NCBI GenBank assembly: GCA_003598025.1
Contig: QZKH01000006.1
Location: 44,035-108,034 of the forward strand
Length of the DNA stretch: 64,000 nt
Reading direction: 5' to 3'
From: Candidatus Omnitrophota bacterium
GTDB taxonomy: Bacteria > Omnitrophota > Gorgyraeia > Gygaellales > Profunditerraquicolaceae
Below are positions 29,907 to 41,316 of the stretch, in pieces. A program made the translations under genes and the position numbers. Numbering within the stretch: position 1 is the stretch's first letter; each line of letters opens with the position of its first letter. Below the pieces are notes generated by a model. That model saw only the letters and a list, made by a program, of their open reading frames with translations, was not told the origin of the DNA and made no database searches.

Positions 29907-31646
29907 ATGATAAAGTTAAAAGGCATAGCAGCAGCTTCCGGCATAAGCATAGCCAAAGCTTACAGGCTTGATAAGGAAGAACTTGTTGTGCCAAAAGAAA
30001 AAATCAGCCCTGAAGAAGTGCCTATACAGATACAGATGTTCGAAGAGGCACTCATCCAGACCCGCAGAGAGATCATGGAGCTGCAAAAGAAGATAGATAT
30101 TGAAATGGGCCAGGAGCAGGCTGAGATTTTTGACGCACATTTGTTGGTTCTTGAAGACAGGATGATCATCGAAGAGGTGATTTTCCGCCTCAAAAAAGAG
30201 CTGATGAACGTGGCCTATATTTTTTCAGAAGTATTAAAGAAATATATAGATGTATTTTCAAAGATCGAAGATGAATATTTAAAAGAAAGAACAGCTGATG
30301 TAAACGATGTCGGCAAGCGTATTCTGCGTAATTTACTTGGCAAGAAAAAAATAACTCTGGGAGATACCGGTGAAAAGGTGGTAGTTGTGGCACATGACCT
30401 TTCGCCTTCCGATACTGCGGCGATGCGTAAGCAGAATGTATGCGGTTTTATCACTGATATTGGAGGCAAGACTTCCCATACCGCAATTATGGCTAAGGCG
30501 CTGGAGATTCCCGCAGTAGTCGGTGTGGAGGAAGCAACAAGCAGGATTAAAAGCGGTGATTTAGTTATAGTTGACGGCAGCATGGGTATGGTTATTGTTA
30601 GCCCTGAGCAGGATACACTTATTGCCTATCAGAAAGAGGAGCAGAAGCTAAAAGGTATTATCGAGAGGTTCTTATCTGTAAAAGAGCTGCCGGCAAAAAC
30701 CCTGGACGGTAAGCTGGTAGAGATCAATGCTAATATTGAGCTTCCTGACGAGGTCCCTTCAGTCAAATTGCACGGTGCACACGGAATAGGCCTGTACCGC
30801 ACCGAATTTTTTTATATGAACAGAAAAGACCTGCCTTCAGAAGAAGAGCATTATCAGGCCTATAAATTTGTCGCCGAGGAGATGAATCCTTATCCGGTTA
30901 TTATAAGGACTTTGGATTTAGGGGGAGATAAATTTTTGTCCCATTTTGATATACCGCAGGAAATGAAATCTTTCCTGGGATGGCGCGCCATAAGATTTTG
31001 TTTGGCTAGACCCGACATATTCAAAGCACAGCTGCGGGCAATATTAAGGGCATCTGTACATGGTAAACTGAAATTGATGTATCCGATGATTTCCGGGATT
31101 GAAGAGGTGCGCCAGGCCAATAAAATACTGGAAGAATTGAAAGGGGACTTAAATAAACAAGGGATACCTTTTGATAAAGATATAGAAATAGGCGCAATGA
31201 TCGAGGTGCCCTCAGCAGCTATAACTGCTGACTTGCTGGCTTCTGAAGTTGATTTCTTCAGCATAGGCACAAACGACCTTATACAGTATTCTATCGCCGT
31301 AGACCGTACCAACGAAAAAGTGGCATATCTTTATGAGCCTACACATCCTGCGGTGCTAAGGATGATAAAGAATATTATACGGGCAGGGCACGATGCCGGT
31401 ATTTGGGTCGGTATGTGCGGTGAGATGGCAGGAGAGCCTGCTTTTGCTTTACTTCTTATGGGGCTGGGTTTGGACGAATTCAGTATGCCGGCATCGATGA
31501 TACCGGAAATAAAATACATAATTCGTTCAATCACCTTACAGCAGGTAGAGGATATGGCAGATGAAGCTCTTAAACTGCCTACGGGTAAACAGGTTGAAGA
31601 TTTTATCCAAACGAAACTAAGGGAAATCCTGAAACAAACTTCTTAA
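29907..31646 (+). CDS. ptsI: Phosphoenolpyruvate-protein phosphotransferase (Enzyme I).
   Basis: GGKTSHTAIMAKALEIPAVVG (phospho-His domain). C-terminal PEP-utilising domain with GTNDLIQY and CGEMAG motifs. Confidence 0.9.
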   Translation: MIKLKGIAAASGISIAKAYRLDKEELVVPKEKISPEEVPIQIQMFEEALIQTRREIMELQKKIDIEMGQEQAEIFDAHLLVLEDRMIIEEVIFRLKKELMNVAYIFSEVLKKYIDVFSKIEDEYLKERTADVNDVGKRILRNLLGKKKITLGDTGEKVVVVAHDLSPSDTAAMRKQNVCGFITDIGGKTSHTAIMAKALEIPAVVGVEEATSRIKSGDLVIVDGSMGMVIVSPEQDTLIAYQKEEQKLKGIIERFLSVKELPAKTLDGKLVEINANIELPDEVPSVKLHGAHGIGLYRTEFFYMNRKDLPSEEEHYQAYKFVAEEMNPYPVIIRTLDLGGDKFLSHFDIPQEMKSFLGWRAIRFCLARPDIFKAQLRAILRASVHGKLKLMYPMISGIEEVRQANKILEELKGDLNKQGIPFDKDIEIGAMIEVPSAAITADLLASEVDFFSIGTNDLIQYSIAVDRTNEKVAYLYEPTHPAVLRMIKNIIRAGHDAGIWVGMCGEMAGEPAFALLLMGLGLDEFSMPASMIPEIKYIIRSITLQQVEDMADEALKLPTGKQVEDFIQTKLREILKQTS

Positions 31647-31663
31647 TTTAATATTCAAACGCC

Positions 31664-32419
31664 ATGAAAGCTTTAATATTAGCCGCCGGTTATGCAACCA
31701 GGCTTTACCCTTTGACTAAGGATTTTCCGAAACCTTTGCTTAAGGTCGGAGATAAGCCTATTATAGATTATATCGTTGAGAAGTTGGAAGGCATCCCGGG
31801 CCTGGACGAAATATTCATAATAACAAACAGCAAGTTTATTTCTATTTTCAGGAAATGGGCAAAAAGCAGGAGCTTTAAGAAGAAAGTAACCCTGGTTGAT
31901 GATTTGACTAAAAGCAATGAAACTAAGCTTGGCGCGATCGGCGATATGGATTTTGCAATAAATAAAACTAAGATCAAAGATGATCTGCTAGTTGTCGGGG
32001 GAGATAATCTTTTTGAGGATGATTTTCATGATTTCTTGCGCTTTGTAAGTTTGCGTAAAGCAAAGCCCGTAATAGGCATTTATGATTTAAAAAACAGAAA
32101 AAAGGCTTCTAACTACGGTGTTGTAAAGTTGGGCAGTAGCGGCAGGATATTGAATTTTAATGAAAAGCCAAAAAAACCCGATTCGACGCTAGTGGCAATG
32201 TGCGTTTATTATTTCCCTAAGATAAAACTTAAATTAATAAAACGTTATTATTCAGATAAGACAACTAAAAGAGATGCAACCGGATTCTATATCGACTGGT
32301 TGAGAAGACATGATGAAGTTTATGGTTTTATATTTAGCGGCAGGTGGTTTGATATAGGCCATTATAAATTCTACAACGAAGCAAACAGGGTTTTTTCTAA
32401 CAAAAAGGGGGAGAGATGA
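31664..32419 (+). CDS. Sugar-phosphate nucleotidyltransferase (NTP_transferase family).
   Basis: [26 protein letters not shown] is the classic G-rich nucleotide-binding N-terminus of sugar-1-P nucleotidyltransferases. Confidence 0.65.
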   Translation: MKALILAAGYATRLYPLTKDFPKPLLKVGDKPIIDYIVEKLEGIPGLDEIFIITNSKFISIFRKWAKSRSFKKKVTLVDDLTKSNETKLGAIGDMDFAINKTKIKDDLLVVGGDNLFEDDFHDFLRFVSLRKAKPVIGIYDLKNRKKASNYGVVKLGSSGRILNFNEKPKKPDSTLVAMCVYYFPKIKLKLIKRYYSDKTTKRDATGFYIDWLRRHDEVYGFIFSGRWFDIGHYKFYNEANRVFSNKKGER

Positions 32420-33585
32420 CATTGCGGAAACATTTTTTTACTTCTGAATCAGTGGGTGAGGGACACCCGGATAAACTTTGCGATCAGATATCCGATGGAG
32501 TTTTAGATGAAGTCTTAAGACAGGATCCATATGGTAGGGTAGCTTGCGAAACTTACGTTACTATGGGTTTATTGATTGTTGGCGGGGAGATCACGACAAC
32601 TGCATATGTCGATATACAGAGACTTGCCCGCAAGATCATCGGTGAGATAGGCTATAGCCACCAGAAATACGGCTTTGATTATCATACCTGTGCCATAGTC
32701 AATACGATAAACAGCCAGTCTCCAGATATAGCGCAGGGTGTTAATACCGGAGGTGCAGGAGACCAGGGTTTTATGGTAGGCTATGCATGCAAAGAGACGG
32801 ATGAATTAATGCCTCTGCCGATCATGCTGGCGCATAAGTTGGTTAAGCGTACAGCTGATGTAAGAAGGGACGGCACATTGAAATACCTGGGGCCGGATTG
32901 CAAATCCCAGGTGACTGTTGAATACCATGATGGCCATCCGAAAAGAGTAGATTCTGTTGTTCTTGCTTGCCAGCATACCGAAGATATATTGGATGCATCC
33001 AAGAACAAGATTACTAAAAAAGCCAGGCAAGAGCTTATAGATACCATAGCAAGGCCTATATTGAAAGAATATATAGATAAGGACACCAAGTATTTTATTA
33101 ACGAGACCGGAAAGTTTGTCGTAGGCGGGCCGCAGTCAGACACTGGTATGACAGGCAGAAAAATAGTCGTAGATACTTATGGCGGCGCAGCTGCTCCCGG
33201 CGGAGGGGCTTTCTCGGGCAAGGACCCGACAAAGGTTGACCGTTCGGCAGCCTATATGGCAAGATATATCGCTAAAAATATCGTTGCCGCAGGTTTAGCT
33301 GATAAATGCCTTGTGCATTTGGCTTATGTCATAGGTAAAGCTGATCCGTTAGCTATAATGGTTGATACCTCAGGTACCGGAAAATTACCTGAAGCATCTT
33401 TTGTAAAGCTTATCAGGGATAATTTTGAGCTTACCCCTAAAGGCATGATAAAGTCGCTGGAATTATTAAGGCCTATATATAAGAAAACGGCCTGTTACGG
33501 ACATTTTGGAAGAACAGAGCCTGAGTTTAGCTGGGAATTAACCGATAAAGCACAGGCTTTAAAGAAGCAGGCTGCTAGATTATAA
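32416..33585 (+). CDS. metK: S-adenosylmethionine synthetase.
   Basis: [26 protein letters not shown] and DTYGG motifs. Confidence 0.95.
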   Translation: MTLRKHFFTSESVGEGHPDKLCDQISDGVLDEVLRQDPYGRVACETYVTMGLLIVGGEITTTAYVDIQRLARKIIGEIGYSHQKYGFDYHTCAIVNTINSQSPDIAQGVNTGGAGDQGFMVGYACKETDELMPLPIMLAHKLVKRTADVRRDGTLKYLGPDCKSQVTVEYHDGHPKRVDSVVLACQHTEDILDASKNKITKKARQELIDTIARPILKEYIDKDTKYFINETGKFVVGGPQSDTGMTGRKIVVDTYGGAAAPGGGAFSGKDPTKVDRSAAYMARYIAKNIVAAGLADKCLVHLAYVIGKADPLAIMVDTSGTGKLPEASFVKLIRDNFELTPKGMIKSLELLRPIYKKTACYGHFGRTEPEFSWELTDKAQALKKQAARL

Positions 33586-33593
33586 GAGAGTTA

Positions 33594-33635
33594 AAATACC
33601 AAAACAGGGTATTTAAATTCTGATTTTTGGTATTT
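33594..33635 (+). promoter_or_regulatory. AT-rich 11-bp inverted repeat between metK and ahcY (aaataccaaaa ... ttttggtattt).
   Basis: Exact complementarity of the two arms, with a 20-nt loop. Possible weak terminator or operator. Confidence 0.3.
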
Positions 33636-33660
33636 GTAAATTTTAAGATAAGGAGTTTTT

Positions 33661-34920
33661 ATGAACTATGATATAAAGGATGTTAAGCTGGCTAAAAAAG
33701 GCAACCTGAGGATAGAATGGGCTCGCAAGAGCATGCCAGTTTTATCTTCAATAACCGCAAGATTCCTGAAGCAAAAACCGCTGAAAGGGCTGAAGGTTGC
33801 TGCCTGTTTACATGTTACTACCGAGACAGGCGTTCTTATGGAAGCTTTAAAGGCAGGGGGTGCAAATATATATTTGTGCGCATCAAATCCCTTATCAACA
33901 CAGGATGATGTCGCAGCTTCCCTCGTCAAAGACCTCGGCATCTCGGTATTTGCGATTAAGGGAGAGGATACAAAGACTTACTATAAGCACATACAGTCAG
34001 TTTTGGCGACTAAACCCGATATCACAATGGATGATGGCGCAGATTTAGTCGGGACTATCCATCATTCCGAGAAGTCTGTTTATAAAAATATAATAGGCGG
34101 TACCGAAGAGACCACTACTGGAGTAATAAGATTAAAGGCCTTGGCTGCGGAAGGAAAACTGCGCTATCCGATAATTGCTGTAAATGATGCCCAGACAAAA
34201 CACTTGTTTGATAATAGATACGGTACTGGTCAATCAACCCTGGATGGTATAATCCGGGCAACAAATAAATTGATAGCAGGCTCCAGTTTTGTAATCTGCG
34301 GATATGGGTGGTGCGGCAAGGGCGCTGCAATGCGTGCTAAAGGCATGGGCGCAAGAGTCATTGTTGTGGAAGTAAACCCGTTACGCGCTCTTGAAGCGAC
34401 TATGGACGGCTTTGACGTAATGCCCATAAAAGATGCTGCTCGAATAGGAGATATTTTTTTGACCGTAACCGGAGATATCAACGTAATACGTAAAGAGCAT
34501 TTTCTGGTTATGAAAGACGGCTCAATTGTTTGTAATACCGGTCATTTTAATGTAGAGATAGATATCCCCGCGCTTAAAAAGCTTAGCTGTAAACAAAGAG
34601 CGATAAGGGATTTTGTCGAAGAATATACATTAAGGAAAAACAAGAACCGGATTTATCTGTTGGGTGAAGGACGTCTTATAAACCTTGCCGCAGCAGAGGG
34701 CCATCCGGCATCAGTTATGGATATGTCTTTTGCTAACCAGGCGCTGTCTGCAGAATATATTATGAAGCATCACGAAGGCCTGGGAAATGACGTATACAAA
34801 GTGCCTGAAGATATAGATAAGAACATCGCCAAATTGAAGTTGAGTTCAATGGGCATAAAAATAGACCGGTTGACTGAAGAACAGGTAAAATACCTTTCTA
34901 GTTGGGAAGCGGGGACGTAA
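33661..34920 (+). CDS. ahcY: Adenosylhomocysteinase (short bacterial/archaeal type).
   Basis: [26 protein letters not shown]-terminus. NAD-binding GYGWCGKG motif. HFNVEID region. RBS AAGGAG upstream. Confidence 0.9.
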   Translation: MNYDIKDVKLAKKGNLRIEWARKSMPVLSSITARFLKQKPLKGLKVAACLHVTTETGVLMEALKAGGANIYLCASNPLSTQDDVAASLVKDLGISVFAIKGEDTKTYYKHIQSVLATKPDITMDDGADLVGTIHHSEKSVYKNIIGGTEETTTGVIRLKALAAEGKLRYPIIAVNDAQTKHLFDNRYGTGQSTLDGIIRATNKLIAGSSFVICGYGWCGKGAAMRAKGMGARVIVVEVNPLRALEATMDGFDVMPIKDAARIGDIFLTVTGDINVIRKEHFLVMKDGSIVCNTGHFNVEIDIPALKKLSCKQRAIRDFVEEYTLRKNKNRIYLLGEGRLINLAAAEGHPASVMDMSFANQALSAEYIMKHHEGLGNDVYKVPEDIDKNIAKLKLSSMGIKIDRLTEEQVKYLSSWEAGT

Positions 34921-34925
34921 ATAGC

Positions 34926-35885
34926 ATGAAAAGAATAGGGGTTATGACTTCTGGCGGGGAAAGTTCCGGGATGAATGCGGCTATCCGCAGTGTAGTGCGT
35001 TTTGCCCTGCATAATAAAATTGAAGTCATGGGTATTTTCCGCGGCTTTAAAGGATTAATAAATGAAGAAATCAAGCTTTTGAACCATCGCTCAGTGTCAA
35101 ATATCATCAATCTTGGAGGGACTATCCTTAAGACTTCGCGTTGCCCTGAATTTTTGAGCGAAGAGGGCCAGAGAAAAGCTGTTGACGTAATAAAAAAGAA
35201 TAAAATCGAGGGTTTAATTTTAATCGGTGGAAACGGTACCTATAATGGAGCAATAGCCCTTAACCGAAAATGGCAGGTTCCATGTATCGGTGTCCCGGGA
35301 ACAATTGACAATGATATCAGCGGCACGGATTTTACTATTGGCTCTGATACTGCCGTAAACGTCGCACTTGACGCATTGGATAAGATACGCGATACGGCAA
35401 CATCAATGGAAAGGATTTTTGTCGTTGAGGTGATGGGCAGGGAGAGCGGCTTCATTGCTCTTCAGACAGCAGTTGCCGGAGGCACTGAAGAAGTATTATT
35501 ACCGGAAAAAAAGTTTGACCTGCATAAAATGTGTGAGGAGATAGTAGAAGGCAACCTAATTGGCAAAATCAGCTGGATAATAATAGTTGCTGAGGGCGCT
35601 GCCAAAGCCGCCGAGATAGCATCCCAGATTAATAGTATTACGGGGCTTGAAACCAGAGAAGTGGTGCTCGGGCATATTCAGAGGGGCGGAAGGCCTACTG
35701 CACGAGATAGGATTATTGCTACCAGCCTTGGTGTAGCAGCCGTTGAGCTCCTTTTAAAAGGAGAACAGGGCAAAGCTGTGGGTATTGTTTCGAATGAAGT
35801 AAATATTGTGGATCTGGAATATGCAATAAAGAAAAAAGAACTTAAAATCGATAAGCTGTACAATTTGATTAAAATCTTGACTTAA
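34926..35885 (+). CDS. pfkA: ATP-dependent 6-phosphofructokinase.
   Basis: KRIGVMTSGGESSGMNAAIRSVVR, GIPGTIDNDI and GGDGS-type motifs. ATG at 34926 preferred over the annotated 34902. Confidence 0.85.
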   Translation: MKRIGVMTSGGESSGMNAAIRSVVRFALHNKIEVMGIFRGFKGLINEEIKLLNHRSVSNIINLGGTILKTSRCPEFLSEEGQRKAVDVIKKNKIEGLILIGGNGTYNGAIALNRKWQVPCIGVPGTIDNDISGTDFTIGSDTAVNVALDALDKIRDTATSMERIFVVEVMGRESGFIALQTAVAGGTEEVLLPEKKFDLHKMCEEIVEGNLIGKISWIIIVAEGAAKAAEIASQINSITGLETREVVLGHIQRGGRPTARDRIIATSLGVAAVELLLKGEQGKAVGIVSNEVNIVDLEYAIKKKELKIDKLYNLIKILT

Positions 35886-35906
35886 GTTTGGAAAGGAGTT
35901 TTTACC

Positions 35907-37232
35907 ATGGGTAGAAGGCCGGTTGATGCTGAAAAATTGATAATTGATTTAGTAATGAATGATGATTTGAAAATCAAGAAAGATATCGCCAAGAAGATAC
36001 TCGATATAGCATATAAAAAAGGTATTTATCCGTCAAGTATTCACGAATTATATATGGCAAGAGGCAGAGGCGAATTCAAGGGGTTTACTGTCCCGGCAAT
36101 AAACTTAAGGACGATGACCTATGATTTGGCGCGGGCGATATTCAGGGTAGCAAAAAGGAACAATAGTGGAGCTTTCATTTTTGAAATTGCAAAGTCAGAA
36201 ATGGGATATACCGCACAGCCGCCTGTTGAATTCTCCTCGGCAGTTTTAGCAGCGGCGATAAAAGAAGAATACGCAGGCCCGGTTTTTATACAGGGGGATC
36301 ATTTCCAGGTAAATCACAAGAAATTTTCCGAGAACCCCGATAAGGAGCTGGAAGGTTTAAAGGCATTAATCCAAGATGCTATCTCAGCAGGTTTCTATAA
36401 TATTGATATCGATTCTTCCACTTTAGTAGACTTGTCTAAAACTGATATCAAGAAACAGCAGTACCTGAATTTTGAGGTCTGTGCTAAACTCACCCAATAT
36501 ATCCGTCAGGTACAGCCTCGGGGCGTGGAGATATCGGTAGGCGGAGAAATCGGTGAAGTAGGGACTAAAAATTCTACGCCGGAAGATTTGCATGCATTTA
36601 TGACGGGTTTTAGAGAGAGGCTTCGTAAAGGAAGGGTCGGCATAAGCAAGATAAGTATACAGACCGGGACTTCACACGGAGGAGTTGTTTTGCCTGATGG
36701 CTCTATAGCTTCGGTGAAGCTTGATTTTGATACCTTAAAGAATCTTTCTGAGATTGCAAGGAAAGAATACGGGCTTGCCGGGGCAGTGCAGCATGGTGCA
36801 TCTACCCTGCCATCGGAGGCATTCCATAAATTTGCAGAAGTTGATGCTGCTGAAGTCCATCTGGCAACGGAATTCCAGAACATGATCTATGATTCCAGGC
36901 ATTTCCCTGCAGACCTTAAAGCAAGAATGTATGAATGGCTTAAAGTAAACGCTGCTTCGGAAAGGTCCGAGGGCCAGACAGACGAACAGTTTTTCTATAA
37001 GGCAAGGAAAAAAGCTTTGGGTGCTTTTAAAAAAGATATTATGGGTTTGCCAAAAGAGATAAGAGATGCTATAACTACTGAAGTAGAAGGCAAGTTTGAA
37101 TTTTTATTTAAGCAGTTGAATAATCTGAATAATAAAGATTTAGTAGATAAATTTATAACCCTGAAAAGAGTCATAATACGCAAGTCCCAGGAAGGCCCTG
37201 ATGTTGTGCATGACGGGGAAGGGGCAGATTAG
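35907..37232 (+). CDS. Class II (metal-dependent) fructose/ketose-bisphosphate aldolase, long-form family.
   Basis: IQGDHFQ (class II aldolase metal-binding DH motif) and VQHGASTLP. 441 aa is longer than E. coli FbaA. Placed right after pfkA. Identity is tentative. Confidence 0.55.
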   Translation: MGRRPVDAEKLIIDLVMNDDLKIKKDIAKKILDIAYKKGIYPSSIHELYMARGRGEFKGFTVPAINLRTMTYDLARAIFRVAKRNNSGAFIFEIAKSEMGYTAQPPVEFSSAVLAAAIKEEYAGPVFIQGDHFQVNHKKFSENPDKELEGLKALIQDAISAGFYNIDIDSSTLVDLSKTDIKKQQYLNFEVCAKLTQYIRQVQPRGVEISVGGEIGEVGTKNSTPEDLHAFMTGFRERLRKGRVGISKISIQTGTSHGGVVLPDGSIASVKLDFDTLKNLSEIARKEYGLAGAVQHGASTLPSEAFHKFAEVDAAEVHLATEFQNMIYDSRHFPADLKARMYEWLKVNAASERSEGQTDEQFFYKARKKALGAFKKDIMGLPKEIRDAITTEVEGKFEFLFKQLNNLNNKDLVDKFITLKRVIIRKSQEGPDVVHDGEGAD

Positions 37233-37260
37233 TAAATTTCTGCTTTCGCAGAAATTTACA
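37233..37260 (+). terminator. Perfect 12-bp hairpin right after the aldolase stop. There is no U-tract, so this is a terminator-like or RNA-processing structure.
   Basis: gtaaatttctgc-tttc-gcagaaatttac. Confidence 0.3.
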
Positions 37261-37341
37261 GTTCATAGTTCATAGTTGATGGTTCATGGCTGATAGAATG
37301 ATATATCTATGATCTATGAACTATGATCTATGAACTAATAT
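37261..37341. repeat. Family-1 element, copy E (core in inverted orientation), ending directly at the ilvD RBS.
   Basis: gttcatagttcatagttgatggttcatgg is the reverse complement of the ccatgaaccatcaactatgaac core. Ends ...ctatgatctatgaactaatat followed by aaggagacgatATG. Confidence 0.8.
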
Positions 37342-37352
37342 AAGGAGACGAT

Positions 37353-39005
37353 ATGCGTTCAGACAAGATAAAAAAAGGAATTGAGAGAATTCCTCACCGA
37401 GCGCTTTTACACGCAACCGGATTATCCCGTAGGGATTTTGATAAGCCATTTATCGGAGTGGCCACGTCTTTTACAGATTTAATCCCTGGGCATATCGGTA
37501 TGCGTGATTTAGAGCGGTATATCGAGCGCGGGGTTTGTTACGGCGGAGGTGTCCCGTTTTTCTTTGGCGTTCCTGGTATATGTGACGGTATTGCTATGGG
37601 GCACCTAGGCATGTGCTATCCTTTAGCGCTCCGGGAAATTATTGCCGATACAATCGAAACTGTCTGTAATGCGCACAGCCTAGATGGGTTAATTTGTTTA
37701 ACTAACTGCGATAAAATCACTCCCGGTATGCTTATGGGTATCGCCCGCCTGAATATCCCGGCGATAATAGTTACCGCAGGCCCGATGATGTCAGGCCGCT
37801 ATAATAAAAGGAAGCTTGCTTTTGTCCACGATACGTTTGAGGCGGTAGCAAAGGCAAAAAAGGGCCAAATTGGCAGCGAAGAATTAGTTTGCCTTGAAAT
37901 GGAAGCCTGCCCCGGTGCCGGCTCATGCCAGGGATTATATACTGCAAACACAATGGCATGCCTTACGGAGACTATGGGTATGTCACTGCCCGGATGCGGG
38001 ACTGCTTTGGCAGTTTCCGCGAAAAAACGCAGGATCGCCCAGGCAAGCGGAGAGCGTATAGTGGAATTAGTCAGGAAAGATATTAAGCCGCGTGATATAA
38101 TTACAAAGAGGTCAATTGAGAACGCAATTGCTGTAGATATGGCTTTGGGCGGTTCAAGTAATACTGTCCTGCATATAATGGCTATTGCCCATGAGGCAGG
38201 ATTAGCTTTTAATTTAAAGAGTTTTGACGAGATCAGCAGGAAAGTCCCCCATATAACCAATCTTGAGCCGGCAGGGGAGCATTTTATGGAAGACCTTGAA
38301 TATGCCGGAGGCATACCTGCAGTATTAAAGAGATTGAAATCTAAATTGCATAATTGCCCGACTCTATCCGGCAAGAGTACATTTGATATCGCGGATGACG
38401 CTGTTATTTTTGACGATAGCGTTATCAGGAAATCCGATAATGCTTACCATAAGGAAGGCGGCATCGCAGTTCTGTTCGGTAACCTTGCGCCGAATGGCGC
38501 AGTCGTAAAACAGGCGGCAGTGAGTGTAAAGATGATGAAATTCACCGGACGTGCCAGGGTATTTAACCGTGAAGAAGAGGCTATGAAGGCGATCCTTGGC
38601 GGCCAGATTAAAGGCGGCAGCGTAGTCGTTATCCGCTATGAAGGCCCGGCAGGCGGACCGGGAATGCGCGAGATGCTTGCTCCTACTGCAGCTATTGTAG
38701 GGGGCGGTTTGTCTGATTCAGTCGCTTTAATTACGGATGGAAGATTTTCCGGAGGCACAAAAGGGCCGTGCATTGGTCATGTTTCTCCTGAAGCCAGCGC
38801 AGGCGGGCCCATTGCAGTCATTCAAGACGGAGATATAATTACGATTGATATTCCAAACAGAAAGCTGGAAGTAAAATTAAGCGATGCAGAAATAAAAAAG
38901 AGATTAAAGAATGTAAAGATAGTCCCTCCAAAGATTACAACCGGGTATTTATCAAGATATTCCCGGCTGGTTACTTCGGCGGATAAGGGTGCAATTTTAA
39001 GTTGA
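37353..39005 (+). CDS. ilvD: Dihydroxy-acid dehydratase.
   Basis: CDGIAMGH and [10 protein letters not shown] motifs. C-terminal SGGTKG...HVSPEA. RBS AAGGAGA. Confidence 0.9.
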   Translation: MRSDKIKKGIERIPHRALLHATGLSRRDFDKPFIGVATSFTDLIPGHIGMRDLERYIERGVCYGGGVPFFFGVPGICDGIAMGHLGMCYPLALREIIADTIETVCNAHSLDGLICLTNCDKITPGMLMGIARLNIPAIIVTAGPMMSGRYNKRKLAFVHDTFEAVAKAKKGQIGSEELVCLEMEACPGAGSCQGLYTANTMACLTETMGMSLPGCGTALAVSAKKRRIAQASGERIVELVRKDIKPRDIITKRSIENAIAVDMALGGSSNTVLHIMAIAHEAGLAFNLKSFDEISRKVPHITNLEPAGEHFMEDLEYAGGIPAVLKRLKSKLHNCPTLSGKSTFDIADDAVIFDDSVIRKSDNAYHKEGGIAVLFGNLAPNGAVVKQAAVSVKMMKFTGRARVFNREEEAMKAILGGQIKGGSVVVIRYEGPAGGPGMREMLAPTAAIVGGGLSDSVALITDGRFSGGTKGPCIGHVSPEASAGGPIAVIQDGDIITIDIPNRKLEVKLSDAEIKKRLKNVKIVPPKITTGYLSRYSRLVTSADKGAILS

Positions 39006-39072
39006 TAATCAGCAGTATAATACTGTGTACAGCGGACTGCTGATTATAAGTTTTTTAACGGAGTGAAGGTAA

Positions 39073-40737
39073 ATGACCGGAGCAGAGATATTAATTGAGT
39101 GTCTAAAGAGAGAAGGCGTGGATGTGATGTTTGGCTATCCGGGTGGCCAGATACTGCCTACATTTGATAAACTTTATGATTCTGACCTGAAGCTTATACT
39201 TGTGCGCCACGAGCAGGGCGCAGCGCATGCTGCCGATGGTTATGCCCGTGCAACCGGAAAGCCCGGAGTTTGCCTTGCTACGAGCGGTCCGGGTGCGACA
39301 AATCTTATTACGGGTATTGCAACTGCCTACATGGATTCAGTCCCTATGATAGCGATTACCGGACAGGTAAAATCTCATTTAATCGGAAACGATGCTTTTC
39401 AGGAAGCGGATGTTACAGGCATTACTCGGCCGATAACTAAGCATAATTACCTGGTTAAGGATGTCAAGGAGCTGGCGCAGATTATACGGGAAGCGTTTTA
39501 TATCGCGACTTCCGGTAGGCCGGGGCCTGTGTTGATAGATATACCCAGCGATGTGCAGATTGCCGAAACAGAATTTATCTGGCCTGAAAAAGTGGATATG
39601 CGCAGTTATAAGCCTACATATTTCGGCCACCCCGGGCAAATCAAAAAAGCAACTAAGCTTGTTGCTTTAGCTAAGCGTCCGCTGTTATATATAGGCGGAG
39701 GAATAATCATCAGCCAGGCCAGTAACGTATTGAGGGAATTTGCAGAGAAGACCAGAATACCGGTTACCTGGACGCTGATGGGCATAGGAGGTTTTCCGTC
39801 CAGCCATGAACTTTCTCTGGGGATGCTTGGTATGCATGGGACAGCTTACGCAAACCATGCCATAATGGAAGCAGATTTGATAATTGCCGTGGGTGCGCGT
39901 TTTGATGATAGAGTGACCGGCAGGCTTGATGCCTTTGCCCCAAAAGCAAAAATAATCCATATTGATATAGACCCTTCTTCTATAAGCAAGAACGTCCATG
40001 TTGATATACCTATTGTCGGAGACGCAAAAAATATTTTAGGGGAATTCCTGGAACAGATGAAGAAATTCCCCGATACTTCTGATTGGCTTGAGATGATAAG
40101 TTCCTGGAAAAAGAAGCATCCTTTAAGGTATAAAATGGAAGGCAAAATCAAGCCTCAATATGTCATTGAGCAGCTGTGCGAAGCCACAAAAGGAGAAGCA
40201 GTTATCGTTACCGAAGTCGGGCAGAACCAGATGTGGGCAGCACAGTGGTACAAATATAATCATCCGCGGACATTTATCTCAAGCGGCGGATTAGGTACGA
40301 TGGGTTTTGGTTTTCCAGCAGCTATGGGCGCTAAAGTCGGCTGCCCTGATAAAGTGGTTGTCGATATTGCCGGAGACGGCTCTATACAAATGAATATTCA
40401 AGAACTGGCTACTTGTATTTGTAATAATATAAATGTTAAAATATTTATATTGAATAATGGTTATCTTGGCATGGTGCGCCAATGGCAGGAGCTTTTTTAT
40501 AAAAAGCGGTATTCTCATACTTGTATTTCCGGGCCGGATTTTGTCAAACTGGCAGAAAGTTTCGGGGCTGTAGGGATAAGGGTTACCAAGAATGAAGATG
40601 TCCGTCCTGCAATCGAGAAGGCGCTTTCTACCGATAATACCGTGCTTATTGATTTTCAGATAGAGCAGGAAGAGAATGTCTTTCCTATGGTTCCAGCCGG
40701 AGAGGCATTAAACAGGATGATAGAAGGGCTGGCGTAA
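39073..40737 (+). CDS. ilvB: Acetolactate synthase large subunit (TPP-dependent).
   Basis: [26 protein letters not shown]-terminus. TPP-binding GDGS...NN motif ([16 protein letters not shown]...LNNGYLGMV). Confidence 0.9.
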   Translation: MTGAEILIECLKREGVDVMFGYPGGQILPTFDKLYDSDLKLILVRHEQGAAHAADGYARATGKPGVCLATSGPGATNLITGIATAYMDSVPMIAITGQVKSHLIGNDAFQEADVTGITRPITKHNYLVKDVKELAQIIREAFYIATSGRPGPVLIDIPSDVQIAETEFIWPEKVDMRSYKPTYFGHPGQIKKATKLVALAKRPLLYIGGGIIISQASNVLREFAEKTRIPVTWTLMGIGGFPSSHELSLGMLGMHGTAYANHAIMEADLIIAVGARFDDRVTGRLDAFAPKAKIIHIDIDPSSISKNVHVDIPIVGDAKNILGEFLEQMKKFPDTSDWLEMISSWKKKHPLRYKMEGKIKPQYVIEQLCEATKGEAVIVTEVGQNQMWAAQWYKYNHPRTFISSGGLGTMGFGFPAAMGAKVGCPDKVVVDIAGDGSIQMNIQELATCICNNINVKIFILNNGYLGMVRQWQELFYKKRYSHTCISGPDFVKLAESFGAVGIRVTKNEDVRPAIEKALSTDNTVLIDFQIEQEENVFPMVPAGEALNRMIEGLA

Positions 40738-40746
40738 TTAGAGGAC

Positions 40747-40824
40747 AGTTCACAGTTGACAGTGCATAGCTTCTTGTTAGTTTTGCTTAGCCTGTGAACT
40801 GTAAACTGTGCACCGTGAACTAAA
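40747..40824. repeat. Family-1 element, copy F, occupying the whole ilvB-ilvN intergenic space and abutting the ilvN ATG.
   Basis: cagttcacagttgacagtgcatagc...cctgtgaactgtaaactgtgcaccgtgaactaaa then ATG at 40825. Confidence 0.75.
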
Positions 40825-41298
40825 ATGAAACATACAATCTCACTACTCGTTGAAAACAAATTCGGGGTACTGGCACGCATCGCCGGGCTATTTAGTGCCA
40901 GGGGGTATAATATTTCATCTTTGGCAGTTTCTCAAACATTGGATCCATCTGTTTCCTATATGACAATAGTAGTCGATGCTAAGGATGAGAATGTGCTGGA
41001 GCAGATAAAAAAGCAGTTGAATAAATTGATTGATGTGATTGTTGTTACTGATTTCACAAAGAAAGACCATGTTGAACGCGAGATGATACTGGTTAAAGTC
41101 GAATATTCTGCCAAAAACAAACACAAACTTGAAACAACGCTTAAGAAATACGTTTCAAAGATAATCAAGTATAAATCAAATACCGCTATAATTGAAGCAG
41201 CCGGAGAGGAAGAGCAGATAAAAAAGCTTCTTTCTGAGCTTCAGGATTTCGGGATTAAGGAATTAGTCAGGACGGGGAAATTAGCAATTGGGTATTAA
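40825..41298 (+). CDS. ilvN: Acetolactate synthase small (regulatory, ACT-domain) subunit.
   Basis: HTISLLVENKFGVLARIAGLFSARGYNISSL is the canonical IlvH/IlvN ACT domain. Confidence 0.85.
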   Translation: MKHTISLLVENKFGVLARIAGLFSARGYNISSLAVSQTLDPSVSYMTIVVDAKDENVLEQIKKQLNKLIDVIVVTDFTKKDHVEREMILVKVEYSAKNKHKLETTLKKYVSKIIKYKSNTAIIEAAGEEEQIKKLLSELQDFGIKELVRTGKLAIGY

Positions 41299-41316
41299 TT
41301 TATAAAGGAGGGAGCA

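Noticed and set aside
33586-33660. SAH riboswitch upstream of ahcY.
   Set aside because: The 75-nt spacer is AT-rich and lacks the GC-rich pseudoknotted core of SAH elements. Only a simple AT hairpin is present.
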